39,573 nucleotides of DNA from an uncultured Bacillota bacterium (GCA_900545735.1 URAC01000002.1:1-39573); one strand, 5' to 3'. Shown: positions 1-15,100, numbered from the stretch's first letter. Made by a program: numbers and translations. The notes: generated by a model not told the origin, from the letters alone.

Positions 1-48
1 TCTACACGAGCCTTATCGTCGGCAGCGTCAGATGTGTATAAGAGACAG
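1..48. other. Illumina Nextera library adapter (technical, not genomic): P5 tail TCTACAC + 8-nt i5 index GAGCCTTA + TCGTCGGCAGCGTC + 19-bp transposase mosaic end AGATGTGTATAAGAGACAG
   Basis: The string matches the Nextera Read-1 transposase adapter as I remember it. Genomic sequence starts at 49. Confidence 0.97.
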
Positions 49-53
49 TTATT

Positions 54-60
54 AAGGAGG
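54..60 (+). promoter_or_regulatory. Shine-Dalgarno site AAGGAGG for giant ORF1
   Basis: AAGGAGG lies 5 nt upstream of the ATG at 66. Confidence 0.85.
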
Positions 61-65
61 AAACT

Positions 66-134
66 ATGAAAAAATTTGCCAAAATATGTACCTTTTTAAT
101 TTTAATTTTATGCGGAGTTGTTTTTGCTGCTTGC
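66..134 (+). other. Lipoprotein signal peptide with lipobox (VFAA|C, Cys23) of ORF1
   Basis: Basic N-terminus (MKKFAK), hydrophobic core, then the A-A-C lipobox followed by GNTSS. Confidence 0.8.
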
Positions 135-3100
135 GGAAACACATCATCAACCCCAATATTATCTTCAAGCGAAAATAATGTTGAGTTAATAATAGGTACA
201 GACGAAAGTAAATCTTTTGATGTTACTTTGTCTAATTATGGCAATGGCAGTGATAGTGTAAGAGTGGAGTCTTATGAGAATAATAAGATTATTGAATTAT
301 CAACTCAAAAAATAGGAGATGGAAAAACAAGGGTTACTTTAAAACCTCTTTATCCTGGAAATGCAACTATCAAAGTTTCTTCTATAACCCATAACGCAAA
401 ACCTATTGAAATATCAGTTAAGGTCATTTTGCCAGTTGGCGATATTGAATTTAATAAAGATTTAGAAAACTCAATCTATGTGATCAAAGGCGAAAGTGTA
501 GATTTTGAAAATTTAGATTTAATTAATTATCTTCCTATTTCAACGGGAGATCCAAATTTAGATGGAGTCAAAACAAATCAAATTGGCGTTACATACACTC
601 TTGAAAATGTTTTGACAACAGATGGTGTTCAACTTGAAAACGGCAAACTTGTTGTTTCAAGTGATTGTGCGTTAAGCGAAGTTGAAGTTAGGGCAACATC
701 AATTTACAATGCTGAAATTTCAAAAACATTTAAAGTTAAAATTTTAAATCCAATTTCCAGCATAGTTTATATTGATGGAAATAAAGTTTTTGAAAATGGA
801 AATTTAGTTGATGGCAGCGGAAATAGTTATGCTTTTGAACTCTATCCTAGAGAAAGCGATATAACAGTAAGTCAAAAAGATGTGCTTTTGTTTGTCAAAG
901 CAGGTTCAGAAGCGGAAGTTATAAAAGTTGAAAAAATCTTTGATGAGAGCAAATATTCAGTTGAATTAAAATCTTTAACCTATGAAGATGGCGTGTTTAA
1001 ATACACCTACACAATTTCAGCGCTTAATGCTGGATATTTGGAAAATATCTCATTTAAAATTTCATACAAAGATTACACTTATGGCGAAAATGAAAAGGAT
1101 TATTATGTTGAAAGCGGAAATTTAAGCGTTGCAACATACAATTTGCCAAATTCAGTTTTAGTTAATGGAAATTCAAGCACAGAAAGTGGGCTTGATATTC
1201 TTGTTTTTGAAAACATAGCAACAATTTCAAAAGGAACCTTGCTTGAATTTACACTTTCTCCATCAAATTTGGCTCCAGAATATGAAACAATTAGATTGTG
1301 GGCAGCAAGTTATGCTAATTGCCCAATAAGTTTTTATAAACTCAATTCAACAAGAACAAGCTATGAACTTGTCTATGGCTATCCAAGAGATGCAAAAGAT
1401 GGAAGTCAATTTGTTTGCACAGGAATTGACCAAAACGGCAACGCATATTTTGATATGCCTATTGGAACAAAATTATATGTTGTAAAAAATCAAATGTTTG
1501 ACAAGGTTGATAACACAAACGCAACACTTTTTGCGTCATCTTTGAATTTTTATAATCTTGGCCTTGAAAGAAGCAAAATTCAACTTAATGTTAAAGTTAA
1601 CCCAGGGGCAAGTTCAGTTGATAGAGCTGAATATGATGGAACAAACTTCACAATCATCAATTCTAATATAATTGTTACAGAATTTATCGATAGCGTTGAA
1701 TTATATCTCGCTATTGCTCCACAAAACTTTGATATCGGCACTTCTTCTATTGTTAAACTTAAAAATTCCAACATTGCTGATGTTTCCGAGTTAAAAGTTA
1801 TAAGCAAAGATGACAACTATGTTTATGTTAAATTCACCTTAACTCCAAAGAAGTTGGGTGCTACAAAATTGACTGTTTATCTCTGCGATGGCTTTGAAAA
1901 GGAATTTGAATTAAAAGTTATCTCAACTCTTGATAATATTGACATTACTGTAAGCGATGAAACAGAAAGCATTGTTGATTATAAGGAAACTTTGACTGGA
2001 AAAATCAACGAAATTGACGAAAATAGCGTTACAGTTCAAAAATTGGCGTTCAAGAGCGGCACAAGCATTCAACTTGCAAAAACTGCTTATCCAATTTCAG
2101 CGGAATATATCGTTGAATATTCTTTCTATGATTTAGCAACTATAAAAACGATTTCAGAATTATCCATCAAAGAAATTTTTGAAGATGCAAGTTTTAACAC
2201 TACTTCAAACATTTTAAATGTCGATACTTTATCAAACTATTCAATTATTCAGGCGAAAACATCACAAAGTGAAGGAAAAACGCTTATCAAAGTTGATGTT
2301 AAAGGAAGATTGGCAACTGGTGAGGGCTATGAAGAAGAGGCTTCACATACTTTCTATTTCTTAATTGAAATCTATAAAGGCGTTGAAAATTTTGATATTT
2401 CTTCAAATGTTCACGAAATTTATTCCTATGACACTTTAGGCGATAGAAACGCTGATAAATCTTTTGCAGAATTTACTGTTACATTGCTTTCAAAGTTTGG
2501 AACTCCAACATATTTAAATTCTCTCGAACTTTATTATGGTGTTGGTGCGGAATCTCCTATTGAATTTAATGAAGCAGGAAGAGCGGTTGTTAAATATAAC
2601 GATAAAGATGTTTTAGTTTTGACAAGGTCTTTAAGTGGCAATGTTTGGACATATCGCGTTCAAGCATTGACAGCAGACATACAAAATTATGTTTTTGTGC
2701 TTAAACTTGTTGAAGTTGATGAAAGCAAAATTTTTGGCGGCGTAGTTCGCGTTATTGTAAAAGAAGCTGTTGAAATAACAGATATTGAAATTGTAAATGT
2801 CGACTTAGAAAATGGCATATATTTGGAAAATAATACTTTAAATGAAGAGGAAGAAGGCCCAACTTTTGAAATAAAATATAATATTTACACAAAAGATGGC
2901 TCAGAGCCTTTAAATTCTGGGTTGGAATTTGAATTATCAAGCAATTTGTCAATGCTTGGTGTAAAAATCGACGCACAAGGGAAAATAACAGTTCCAGCAG
3001 GCGTTGGCGGAAACGGCAGAATTTTAATCTATCCATCAAGCAACTATTTTGCGTCTTCAAATGGAATGAAAGATGGCGAAAAACCTTTCATTGAAATTCC

Positions 3101-6100
3101 TATATCAATCGCAAATGGTGAAAGCGAAGAAACGGCAATTAGAATTGATAGTCAAGAAAAAATAAAATATTTAAAACAAAATCCAACAAAACACTATCTT
3201 TTAGTTGGAGATTTTAGCATTTCTGAAACTATTAGCGAATTTTCAGGCGGACTTTATGGCTTACAAAGTGGAAAAACTTCAACACTTACATTAACAAGCA
3301 CAATGTTTGAAAAATTAACAGGAATTGTTAAAAATATCAACATAATTGGCGAAATTAACGCTCAAAATGCAAATTTAGGCGCAATTTGCTATGAAAATTA
3401 TGGAAAAATTGAAAATGTTAACGCAAGCGGCTTAAAAATTTCAAACACAGAAGCTGGCTCACATACTGGTGCGTTGGTTGGTGTAAACTATGGCGAAATT
3501 TTAGGCGGCGAAATTGTTGCAACAGTTAAGGGCGTTAATGTTGGCGGCGTTGCAGGGCTTAATGGCACAAAAACTGAAAATGAGATAACTTTCACAGGAA
3601 AAATAGAAAATGTAACTTTTGCCGGAAATATCACTGCAAGCGGAAATGCTGGCGGAATTGTTGCAGAAAACAACGGCGAAATTTCAAAATGTAAAGTTGA
3701 AAAATGGAGCAATAATCAAAGTGCATTTATAGCAGCAACATCTGATGCAAACGGCTTTATCGGCGCAATCGCAGGTGTTTCAAGCGGAAAAATCAGCCAA
3801 ACTTATGCTTATTCTTACAATGACACAATGTATGATATAACTGCAACAGCAAATGTTGTTATCGGTGGTCTTGTTGGTCAAGTTTCTGGTGGCACAATTA
3901 CAGAATGTATGACCAATTTCTCGCTTGAAGGCACTCAAATTGGTGCGCTTGTTGGAGAAATTACTAGTGGAAGCGTTAATAATTCATACACTTTAAGCAA
4001 AATTTCAAGAAGCAGTGCAAGTGCTTTGGCAACTGATGGAGCAGATAAAATTTCCTACTCCTATTCTCGCGCATACTATGTAGATGGTGAAACAACTACA
4101 TATTTATCACAAGCAGGTGGAACAAATGTGTATTGTGCTGGAGATTATACAAGTTTAGATAGCTTTAATTTGGCTTTACAAAACAACTTATCTAACACCA
4201 GTCTTTGGGAAACTGATTTATCAACAAATAACAGAATCAATCAAGGGGCGGCATATTTAGTTAATGCAAACCCACCAAAAGCAGTTTCATCAATAGAAAT
4301 CAATATTAATGAAGCGGGCAAAACAAAATATTTATATACTCAAGAAGATGGCAAAACGAATATCGTTTTATACTATTATCAATTACTTGAAGAATTGACT
4401 GACGGCGTTGCAAAAGCCGAATTAGCAAGATTAAATTCAATTTCTTTGGAAAATTTGTTTGGAGAAAACAATAATTTGTTATTCAATGTGATTTCTTCGA
4501 CATCAATATCTTTTGTTGGTAACAACATTAAGATTTTAGGCGTTGGCAAAACCGAAGTTAAAGTTACATCAAAATATGCAACCACAACTTGCCAAGAAGA
4601 AACTATAACATTCTATGTAATTTATCCAATTCAAGATTTCAACTTGTATCGTGGCTCTTCAGCGTTAAATCCTTCAACAATAGTTAAAGATGGCGATGTT
4701 GACCAAGTTGGAATGTCTAAAACTGAAACTTATTCTTCAAAAGTTAAGTCAACAGTGCTTTTGAATGGTCAAAATTATTCAATTTTTACAAATTTATTTG
4801 CTATTGGCTTTGAAATAAGAGCAAATAATAGTGCACCAAGTGTTTTAGGCGGAATTTCTTCAATTTATGATAAGAGTAATAATGAAGGAACTTTTGATGA
4901 TAATTTCACTTTTGTATCTGAAGGAACATACACAATTACGCCAAAAAATTATAATTTTGCAACCGATGAAGATGAAAAATTCTCTATTAATTCAATATTA
5001 GTTTTACAAAATAACGGAATTGGCACATATTTAGGAAATATCTCCGAATTTGCTGATTTTGATGTAATAAATAAGTTAATTTCACAAAATTTCAAGAAAA
5101 ATTATGAAATAAAAGTTGTTAGAGGCGCTAGTCGAATCCAAACAACTTTAACAGATAGCGAACTTTCACCATCAAATGTATTAAATTTTGATGTTGTTGC
5201 TATTTCAGATAAAAAACAAGAAAGCCTTATTATTGACATTTATGAAGGCGATGAAATAGTCGGCTCTTCAAAAGCAGCAGTAGAAAACGCAATTTTTGAT
5301 GTAAATGTAAGCCGCGTTAATTCAGTTGAAAATAACCATTATTTCAATGTATTTATCTCTGTTAAATCAGATGTTAGAAAGACAATTTCAACGACAAGAC
5401 AATTTGCAATAAAAATTTATGACGAAGATAAGAAAGTTGTTTCCGTTTTAAATTTGACATTAATTCCACAAGAAGTTGTAAGCATTTCAAATTCTCATTA
5501 TGCAGCAAATAACGAAGTTGAAAGCGGATTTTCAATTAACACAACTCCAACATCAGTTTTAAGACCTGGCAAAAACGGACTTCTTGCAATAAACTTATAT
5601 CCAGAATATGCTGCTTACAGCAAAATCGAAATTGAAAGTGCAATAATCAATGACAATTATTATGTTTTGTTTGAACAAATGGTCGCAAAAGAACAAAACA
5701 ACTATCAAAATGCTAGCGGAATTATTGGATATTCTTCAGAGCGCGACACAAACAAACTTACAATCTATTATTCAGACCAACTTGCAAATGACGGTGGAAT
5801 GGTCTATGTAAGAACAAAGATTATTGAAAGCGTTCCAGATGGAGTGTATTTCCCAATTACAATCAAAGTTTATCCAGCAGACGAAACAAAAGAGATTAAA
5901 ACATCAACTTTTGTTCTTGCTTCTGAAACAATCAACAAAGCACAAATTACAGTTGACGGCAAGAAAGATGCTGTTGTTTCTCGTGGAAATTCAACAGAAT
6001 TTGAAATTTCAGTAAATGAAGACCAAGAATTAACAGATATTAGAGTTTTAAATCACGATAAAAATAGTGAGGATAATTGCGATTATATCAATTTGATTTA

Positions 6101-9100
6101 CAACCGCACAGAATATGAAATTTCAAACGGCAAGAAAATTTATAAAGGCATAATAAATGTTGGCTTAAATGCTGAACTCAATGGCGATGGCGTTGTAAAA
6201 ATTCAAACCATAATGAGGAAAACAATCAATGGAAAACTTGAAGAAGAATATGATTCAATAACTTTAAGCATTGTTGATTTCACAATAGATGGAATGTATA
6301 TAGAGGGCAATCAAGAAGATGACAATGTTTTTGTTGCACCAATCCAATTAAGGCAAGATATAACTTTTGGCTTTAAGTTATCAAAAACTCCAACATATAA
6401 CAGTTCTAACTTATTAGAGAAAGCAGCAGTTGAGAGAATTGAAAGCAACAAGGCAATGTTTCTTAAAAATATTGCTTTAAATGTTGAATATAGTCAATAC
6501 TTATACGCAATCAACAAAGATTTAGTTACATTTAAAACTGACGATGTAAATAATGGCTATTCAAAAGACATTTCAAACACTGAAAACAAAGCAAATATCG
6601 CATACAGTTTGTATTATAAGAATACAAATTCTAAATATTTTGATGAAAATGGCGTTAAAAATTCAAATAATTACTTTGATATTATTATTGATAAAGATGA
6701 AAGCGATAAACCTTTATCATCAAGGACTTTTGCAATCAATGGTCTAAGAACGGGAACAATTCCTATGCAAATTAAAATTGCATATGCTCTTCCAAGCGAC
6801 CATAATGTAACGAATTATTTCACTTATGATTTTGCAATCAAAGTTCAAACTTATGAAGATGAAGACACACCAATAGCAATCACAAACGAAGAAGAATTTA
6901 TTAGATATATGAATGCAACCACAACAGAAAGTGGCGAGCCTGCAAACTATATCTTAATGAATGATTTATACTTGACTGATTTTACTCCAATAGCAAATAC
7001 TGAAATGATTGCTTCGTTAGACGGCAATAATAAGATAATTACAATAAGAAACTTCAATATTTCATCAATGTTGAATAACAATGCAAATCAAACATTGAAT
7101 TTGGCATTGTTCCAAACAGTTGGAGAAGACACAACACTTAAAAATTTGACAATCAATTTATATGAACTTGAAGACATCATAATTGATGAAGAAAAAGTTT
7201 CAAATGTCAATGCAGCGGGCTTGTTTATAGACAACTATGGAATTATTTATAACTGCGAAGTTACAGCATTGAACCTTTGGAAAGCTTACAACAGTGAAGT
7301 GCTTGCAAGCAAGGGCATTTCAACTATTGAACAAGAAGATTTGAATAAATCTTACAAACCAGCAACTTATTCTGATGGATATGGAATAAGAGTATATTTC
7401 AGTGCTGAAAATATCGGAAAATTGAAAAAAGATAGCACTGTTGTTCAAATTGCTGGATTAGGAATCAAAAACTTTGCTGCAGGAAGAATTACAAACAGCC
7501 GTGTCGGAAACACAACATTTACAAAAGTATTTATGACAAGCGTTGCAAATAATCAATCACAAGATTATGTTATAACGGCGGAACATTTAACATTATTAGG
7601 TCAAGCGGATATCGCAGGCGTTGTTTTAAGCAACGAAGGCGTTATTGCATCATCCTTCTTCTCAAATGGATATATTACCAATTTGTCAGTTTCTGGAACA
7701 GCATCTAAAACTGCAGGATTTGCAATATATAACGCTTATGGCGGAATTATCACAGGAAGTTATGTAAAATCTTTCAAAAAAGCATCAGAATTGAACGGAA
7801 AATTCTATACTGATGGCGGAATTTATTCAGAAGGAATATCTGCCGGATTTGTTTATGAAAATAGTTCTGAAATAACAGATTGTTATGCAAATCTTCTCTT
7901 AGGCGGCAGTTTGTCAGGAAGGTTGGTTTCTGGCTTTGTATATTCAAATACAAATTCTGGAAATATTGAAAGATGTTATTCAGCAGCAACAATTACAGGA
8001 AAATTGACAACTAGAATGCCTTTCTCTGGCAATAATGCCAAAGGCGATAGTATGCAACTTGGAAAATTGACAAATTGCTATTATTTTGTAACAAATTATG
8101 ACTCTGAAACGCTTCTTGAAGAAAAATATTCTACTGGCGCTTATGCAATATTGGCATCTTTGGTGGATAGAGATTTGTTATACGGATTTGCTTACACAAG
8201 CGATTCAAAATCGTTAGAAGGTTCTTCTATTGACGGCGTTTGGAGATATACAAATGGTGAAATTAACCTTTCATCAGCAAACAGCGTTGCAATTTCAGTT
8301 AGATATTTGATAGAGAACTATAACGGAGTTGAAGGCTCAAGAAGATTCCCATATGTTAATGAATATAAGTATGGTTCTAAAAATAATCCAATTATAATTA
8401 GAACGGCAGATGAATTTAATAGGGCGTTTGGTCAAGAAACAAACTTAAAGGAAAACGCTTATTATGCCATAAGTCAATTCTACAACAAGAATGACGGCAC
8501 AGTTTTTGGAAATTATAGGCTTGTTTCACATATTGATTTCAACAATGTTGTAAATATTGCTTCAACAAAAATTGCTTCTTCATTGATGGCATTAACTGGA
8601 AAATCTAACATCGGTGGATTGTTTGACGGCAACGGCTTAACAATTTCTAATATCGAAATTGCTTTAAGTGAACAAGAAAATGTTGGATTGTTTGGTCAAG
8701 TTATCAACGGAGCAGTATTTAAAAACGCAAATTTAACAGTAAAACAAGTAAATGCTGGTAATGGTGTTAATGTTGGCGGTGTTGCAGGTCTTGTATCTTC
8801 TTCATCACTTATCAATATCAGCCTTGAAGCAACAAACTTAAAAGGCGAAAATCGTTCTGAAATCAACGGAAAGAATGTTGTTGGCGGAATTGCAGGTCTT
8901 GTTCAAGGTGATTGCAAATTGTCCAATTTATCATCTTCAATTTCCGTTATCTCAAACTATCGTGGGGAAAATGAGTATAAACGCGGACAAATAGATTGTT
9001 CAAATTTAAGTTATGCAGGCGGAATTGCAGGAATTATAGACATCTATAAAACAGCAGGCGAAAGTTCGGTTTCAGTTGATTACGCTCAAGTCAACAAATT

Positions 9101-12100
9101 GAATGTTTCAGGAGAATCAATAATCATAGAAGCATATTATGTTGGCGGCGTAATAGGTTATTTAGGCAAAAGCACAAAAGCATCTGACTTGCGCTTTGAA
9201 ATTTCTGGAGATTCAAATTTTGAACAACATATCAGTTCAACAGGCAATACTGCTGGCGGAATTGTTGGCGTTAATTTTGGTGATTTGTCAGAAATTAGAA
9301 TTGAGCACGAAGACGATGTTCAAAAACAAATTGAAGATTCAGTTGCAGGATATTACAAGAACAACTCGGTTAAATATGGACACACAAATCTATTCTATGA
9401 TGTTGAAACAACAAACGATGTAAATATTGAATATGTTGGCGGACTTGTTGGTCAAATGCTTGCAGGAAATTTAATCAACAGTTATTCAAAAGTTGATGTT
9501 TCTTTGCCAACAGCAGACTATGCCGGCGGATTAATTGGCTACAATACATCAAATGGCATTTTTGACCAAGTATATGCACTTGGTGATGTTGACGGAAAAA
9601 TTGCCGGCGGATTGATTGGTAAAAATGAAGGAACTACAAAACTTTCTCACGCAGTTGCAATCAATGTCTATTCAAAACAAAATAGCAATTTATTAGAAGC
9701 GTTAAATGATGCATTAAACAATGAACTAACTGAAATAACGCTTGACAAAATTGGTTGTATTGCAGGTGAAGGCGTAAACAATTTAAAAATCGGTGAAGAA
9801 GTTTATGCTAATAAGTCGTTTACATTAAATAATGTTAAATTGATTTTATCAGGAAGCGACACAACAAAAGTTGAAAAATTAATCATCAGCTTAGATGAAT
9901 ATAATGGTGTTGCTCAACACGGCACTCTTCTTAACAGAATGTTCCTTGCAGCTGCTAATGCTTGGGACGTAAGTATGTGGGCTAAAGATGATGATGATAT
10001 GCTTCCATATCTAATTTTTGGTATCGTTTCTAAAGTTCTATACATTGAAAAGCCAAAAGATTTTGAAAGATTATGGAAATATTCAGGGGAAGGCTATGTT
10101 GTAATAATCGGCGATGATCCTGCAACATCATTTAATCCTTATGAATATAAATCTGGAGATGCTTCAACTTATGGCGAATTTACTGCGGCAGAATTAACAG
10201 GATTGTCAGTTAAAGGCAATAATTTGTACTTTAATTTGTCATCTATCCAAGAAACTTTTGTTCCAACAGATTTTAAAGGAACAATTTATGGCGAATATAC
10301 TGGCAAAAACTATTATATCGGCGGATTAACTGAAAAATCGTTATTCAAATCAATTTCAGGCGCAGTTGTAAGAAATATTGCTTTCGGTTATGAAAGTGAA
10401 AATTCATATATACACAAATCTGCACTTATGGCAGAATATATTGAAAATAACGCTTTGGTTACTAATATAAGCGTCAAAAATGTAACGTTGAATATTGATG
10501 TTACTGCAAATGGAAATTATGGGGCATTAGTAAACAGCGTTTCAGGCGTAAGTGAAATAAGTGCATTTACTATTGATAATGTAGAATTTAAACTTAATAA
10601 TAAAGTCGAAAGTTCTTTAATCAATGTTGGTGTTTTTGCAGGTCAACTTGAAAATTGTGATAAATTATCTGCAATCACAATCAAAAACTCTCAAATCGCA
10701 GTTGAAGGTGCAGCATATACATCTGCTTCAGTTGGCTTAATTGCAGGAAATATCACAGGAAGCAATTCAACAATTAAAAATGATGTTGCTACTGATTCTA
10801 ATGCAATAGCAATCAATGTAACATCTGTAAGTGGTGGTGAACTATATGTTGGCGGACATATCGGCAAAGCTGAAAACACCATTGTTGTTGAAGGCAGCAC
10901 TACAAGTTATGATGCGATAAAAGGCTTGACTATTGACTTTACTTCAGTAAACGAAGGAAAAGTTTATGCAGGCTTGATGTTTGGAGGCACTCAAGAGTTA
11001 GCAGTTGAAAGCGGTGCAAAAATAATAGGCCAAATCAAAAATGGCAATAATGCAGTAACTGCATACATTGGCGGATTGGCCGGTCAAGCAAAAGGCACAA
11101 TTAATGGCGTATCAGTTGACGGAAAAGACGGCAACTTAATCAATGTTAATGTTGAATCAACAACAGATTTCTATTCATCTATCGGTGGCCTTGTTGGCTA
11201 TGTTTCTGGCGGCGCTTTAACAATCACTGGAACAAATAATGTCAACGGCAATATATCTATAAAAAATGACAGCGAATTTGCAGTTGCAGTTGGCGGCCTT
11301 GTTGGCTCAATAGGCGCAGATTTAGAAATCAATAATTCTTCAAATATAGTCGTTGGCTCTTCTAATTCAGAAGGAAATAATACAATAAAAGTTGAATCAG
11401 AAATAATTTCTCTTGGCGGCATTGTTGGATTAATTAATCAAAATTCTGCAACTATCTCTGGAACAATTCACGTTTGGTCAATAATTGAAGCTCACGGCAA
11501 AGATATGTGCGTTGGCGGTATTGTTGGAAAAGTAGATAATTTAAACAACTCCAACAATAAAATTGTTACTATTGAAAGCGATAACGCTACAAACTTAACA
11601 TTTAATGGAGATATTAAAGCGTTTGCAACCCAAACAGGCGCAACATTAAATATTGGCGGCATTGTTGGAAGCATAACTGGTGTAAATTCAAACAATAAAA
11701 ACAACTTAAGTAAAATTAACAAAGTTGGCTTTAAAAATGGCTCAATTTATGTTGACAAAAGCGAATCAACATCAGATATTGAAACAATGAATGTCGGTGG
11801 TTTGGTTGGCTTTATGAACCACACGCTTTTGGAAGGAGGACTTGTTTCTGGAAATATTGAGATTAATAAAATTTCAATAACAACAGCAAATATCGGAGGA
11901 GTTGTTGGACAAATCACTGGCGGAACTTCAAGTGTAAAAGTTTGCGTAAATGGCACAAAATCTTGGGGAAATATCAAACTTGCAGATGATATGACCATTG
12001 CAAGTTTATATGTCGGCGGTGTTGTGGGAATTGCTCCAACAGGCACATATTGGCAATTTGGCAGCAACTCAACTTTAACATCTATATATAACAAAAACTT

Positions 12101-15100
12101 GGCAACAGGAAATTTTGCAGATAATGTTCGTGCCTTAGTTGGCTCTGCGCCTGCAGTTGCTAGCTCAAAAAATGGCGAAACTAATTTGCCAATAGAATTA
12201 ACTAACAAATATTCACATATGTTCAATTTGTCGATTGACGACAATTCTTTTGGCAAAAATTCAACTTTTGCAAGCATCAAATCAGATTTCATTAATGAAA
12301 ATAAAGATTTGTTTGGCGATGCTCTTGTAGAAGGCTCAAAATTAAATCCAAAAGTAATAACATTAGATACAACATTTGGCGAAAATGGCAAAAATGATGC
12401 AAAAGATATGCAATATTACATTGCGAATAGTAAAATTAGTTTAAGAGGGGCAACAATTTATGCAAACGCACACTTAATTGGCAATGGACAAATTTGGAGC
12501 ACAACATCAAGCGGCAAAGATTCTTCGCCAATTCTTGAAAACTATGGCTATATTTCTGGCTTCAAGTTTGAAACTTCTTCAATATATACATTAACAAGCA
12601 ATGATATACTAGAAGAAAAAGCACCAAGCGGCGTTGCAAATATCAACAACGGAATAATTTACGCAAACACTGTTGTTGTTTATGGAAATGATGGTTCTTT
12701 CGATAAATCAGCGCAAAAATATTCAATATATGCCGGTGTTGTAGGCGAAAATAACGGATTAATTGCCGATACTGGCGCAATATTGTATGTTAAAAACGCG
12801 CTTGCTGGTTTTGTAGCAAACAATCAAGGTTCAATCATTAATTCTTATGTAAATGGCGTTGTTCATAATGGAGCGATGTATTCTTTCAACGGCTCTGAAT
12901 CTAGTTCAAGCAAAATTTTGAACTGCTACACATCAATCAAGCAAGGCGGAGTTATAGATACTTCAACAGGTGCAAATCCAATCTTCAATGGTAGCTCATT
13001 AGAAGGCAATTTCTATGACCGCAATGGCACTGAAATTGAAGCCGCTCAATCTGGTGTGACAAAGAAAACAACAAGCGAAATGAGCACAATCAATAATGAT
13101 GCAGCATCATTCTTGTCAAGTATTAATACATTAAATCGTTTTGCGCAAAATTACGCCTTCAATTTTGGTTATCCAACGCTTTCTAATGGCGCTTATGCAA
13201 ATTTTGACTATTTGAAAGTTAGCACAGGAGCGGGAACAAATGTTTCAGTGTTGCAAATTCCAAATGTTGGAAAGTTGGAACAAATAAAAAATAATACAGC
13301 TATTAAATATATTCAAATTTTAACAAATTTAGATTATACAAATAGTGGCGTAGATTCGCACGCTCAAATTAATTCAATCACATATTTTGAAGGCAACGGC
13401 TTTGCAATCAACAACATTCCTGAAAACACTTCTGGTGGTTTCTTTGGAAAGTTAAATGAAGTTAAAGAAGAAGTTACTGTATCGGGCGGTCGCTGGACAG
13501 GAAATAGTTGGGTGGAATGGTCTTCTGATAATTATCCTTATAAATTTTATTATAATGAATGGTCAGAAAATGGCACTATTTATCAAACATTAATTGTTTC
13601 AACCGGTACAAAAGAAGAAGGTATTACATTAAAAGAATGGAGTGGAGGCGAATCGTTAAGATATGGAAGGGAATATGCCTGGACATTTAACGGAGATAGT
13701 TTTTCGTTATATACTGGCGAATCATCATATTATTATATAACAGGCAACATTTCCGTTGCGGGAGAAACTAAGACTTCAATCGAAAATATTGAATTTAATT
13801 ATAAAAATGGAGCTGAAGTTGGCTCAGATTCATTGACAAGTGTTGGCGCAGTTGTAAATAAAGCATACAATTTGTCAATGACGAATGTCCGTTCAAGCGG
13901 AGCAACAGTGGTTGGAAATACATCTGTTGGCGGTCTTGTTGGTTATATGAACGGCGGAGCAATATGGAATTGCTATAACTTCAATGATGTTCAAATAAAC
14001 AGCCCAAGCAGCAATAAATGTGCAGCTGGCGGACTTGTAGGTTACGCCGAAAGTGTAAATTTTGGGTATAATGAATCAAATGAAAACGGCAATTATGGCA
14101 ATATTAGCATCTCTGGCAGTGGATATGCTGGTGGCGTTATTGGAAATTCTGTAAATTGTCGCATAAATTACGCTTATAACATTGGAAATGTTAGTTCAAA
14201 CACTTTTGCTGGCGGACTAATTGGTTATTATAGCATGGCATATGCTGGTGCTAATAATGAGACGTTATGCTCACACTTGTATAACTATGGCATAGTAACA
14301 AGTGGAAATTGTGCAGGTGGTGTAATCGGATATGGCTATTCATGGAATGATGCAAACGAAGATTTACAACATCTATTCAATTTTGGAACTGTTAAGGCAG
14401 ATGCTGGTGATAATTCTAATATTGATATATTTGCCGGTGGAATAGTAGGCGCAATCAAAGTGGTTTCTACAAATACTATATCAATAAAATATTCTGGCAA
14501 CGAAGGCTCTGTTAGCGGAATAGGCAAGCGCTGGGTTGGAGTTGGCGGCATTGTTGGCGCACACATATATAGTTTTGATGAAGTTGGAGGTTCTGCAGAC
14601 ACTGCTAAAAACGGCGGAAGTGTATCAGACTGTTACAACTCTGGCAATTTGCTATGTGCAAATTTAAATAATGTTGATGGCTATGTTGGTGGAATTGCTG
14701 GCGGAAATGTTACAACAATAGAAAATTGTTCTATGACTGGCAAAATCACAATTCGCGATGATGAAACATTTGGCTGGATTATGGGCTCAGCGTGGGGTGG
14801 TGCAACAATAAATAATTGTTATGCTGAACCAAGCACAGTTGTTGTGGAAGAAAAAGGCACTGACCCAGGTAAAAATGCTAATAATATGTCAAGTTATACA
14901 TTTAATCCAAAAAGATTCTATTTAGATTATGAAGGTGGAATTTCAGTGTATTCCGAAAGTTATGCAAATGCTGGTGAATATGAAACCAACGAATCGTTAA
15001 ATGTATTTGGGGAATACAAAAACGAGAAAAATAATAGTTCAAAATATGGATTCAATCTTTACTATAAGATGTTGGGCAATAATGAGCAAAATGGCAATTA

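Noticed and set aside
11747-12391. A 214-aa antisense ORF inside giant ORF1. Similar Pro/Thr/Ser-rich antisense ORFs occur at 10691-10900, 11198-11422, 11492-11722, 14336-14602, 3488-3712 and 26692-26877.
   Set aside because: They lie opposite the GLUG regions. The sense strand there is rich in GGN/GTT/ATT codons, so the antisense frame is stop-poor and translates to PPT/PTxPP strings. They have no SD sites, and the sense ORF is unbroken with clear domain content.
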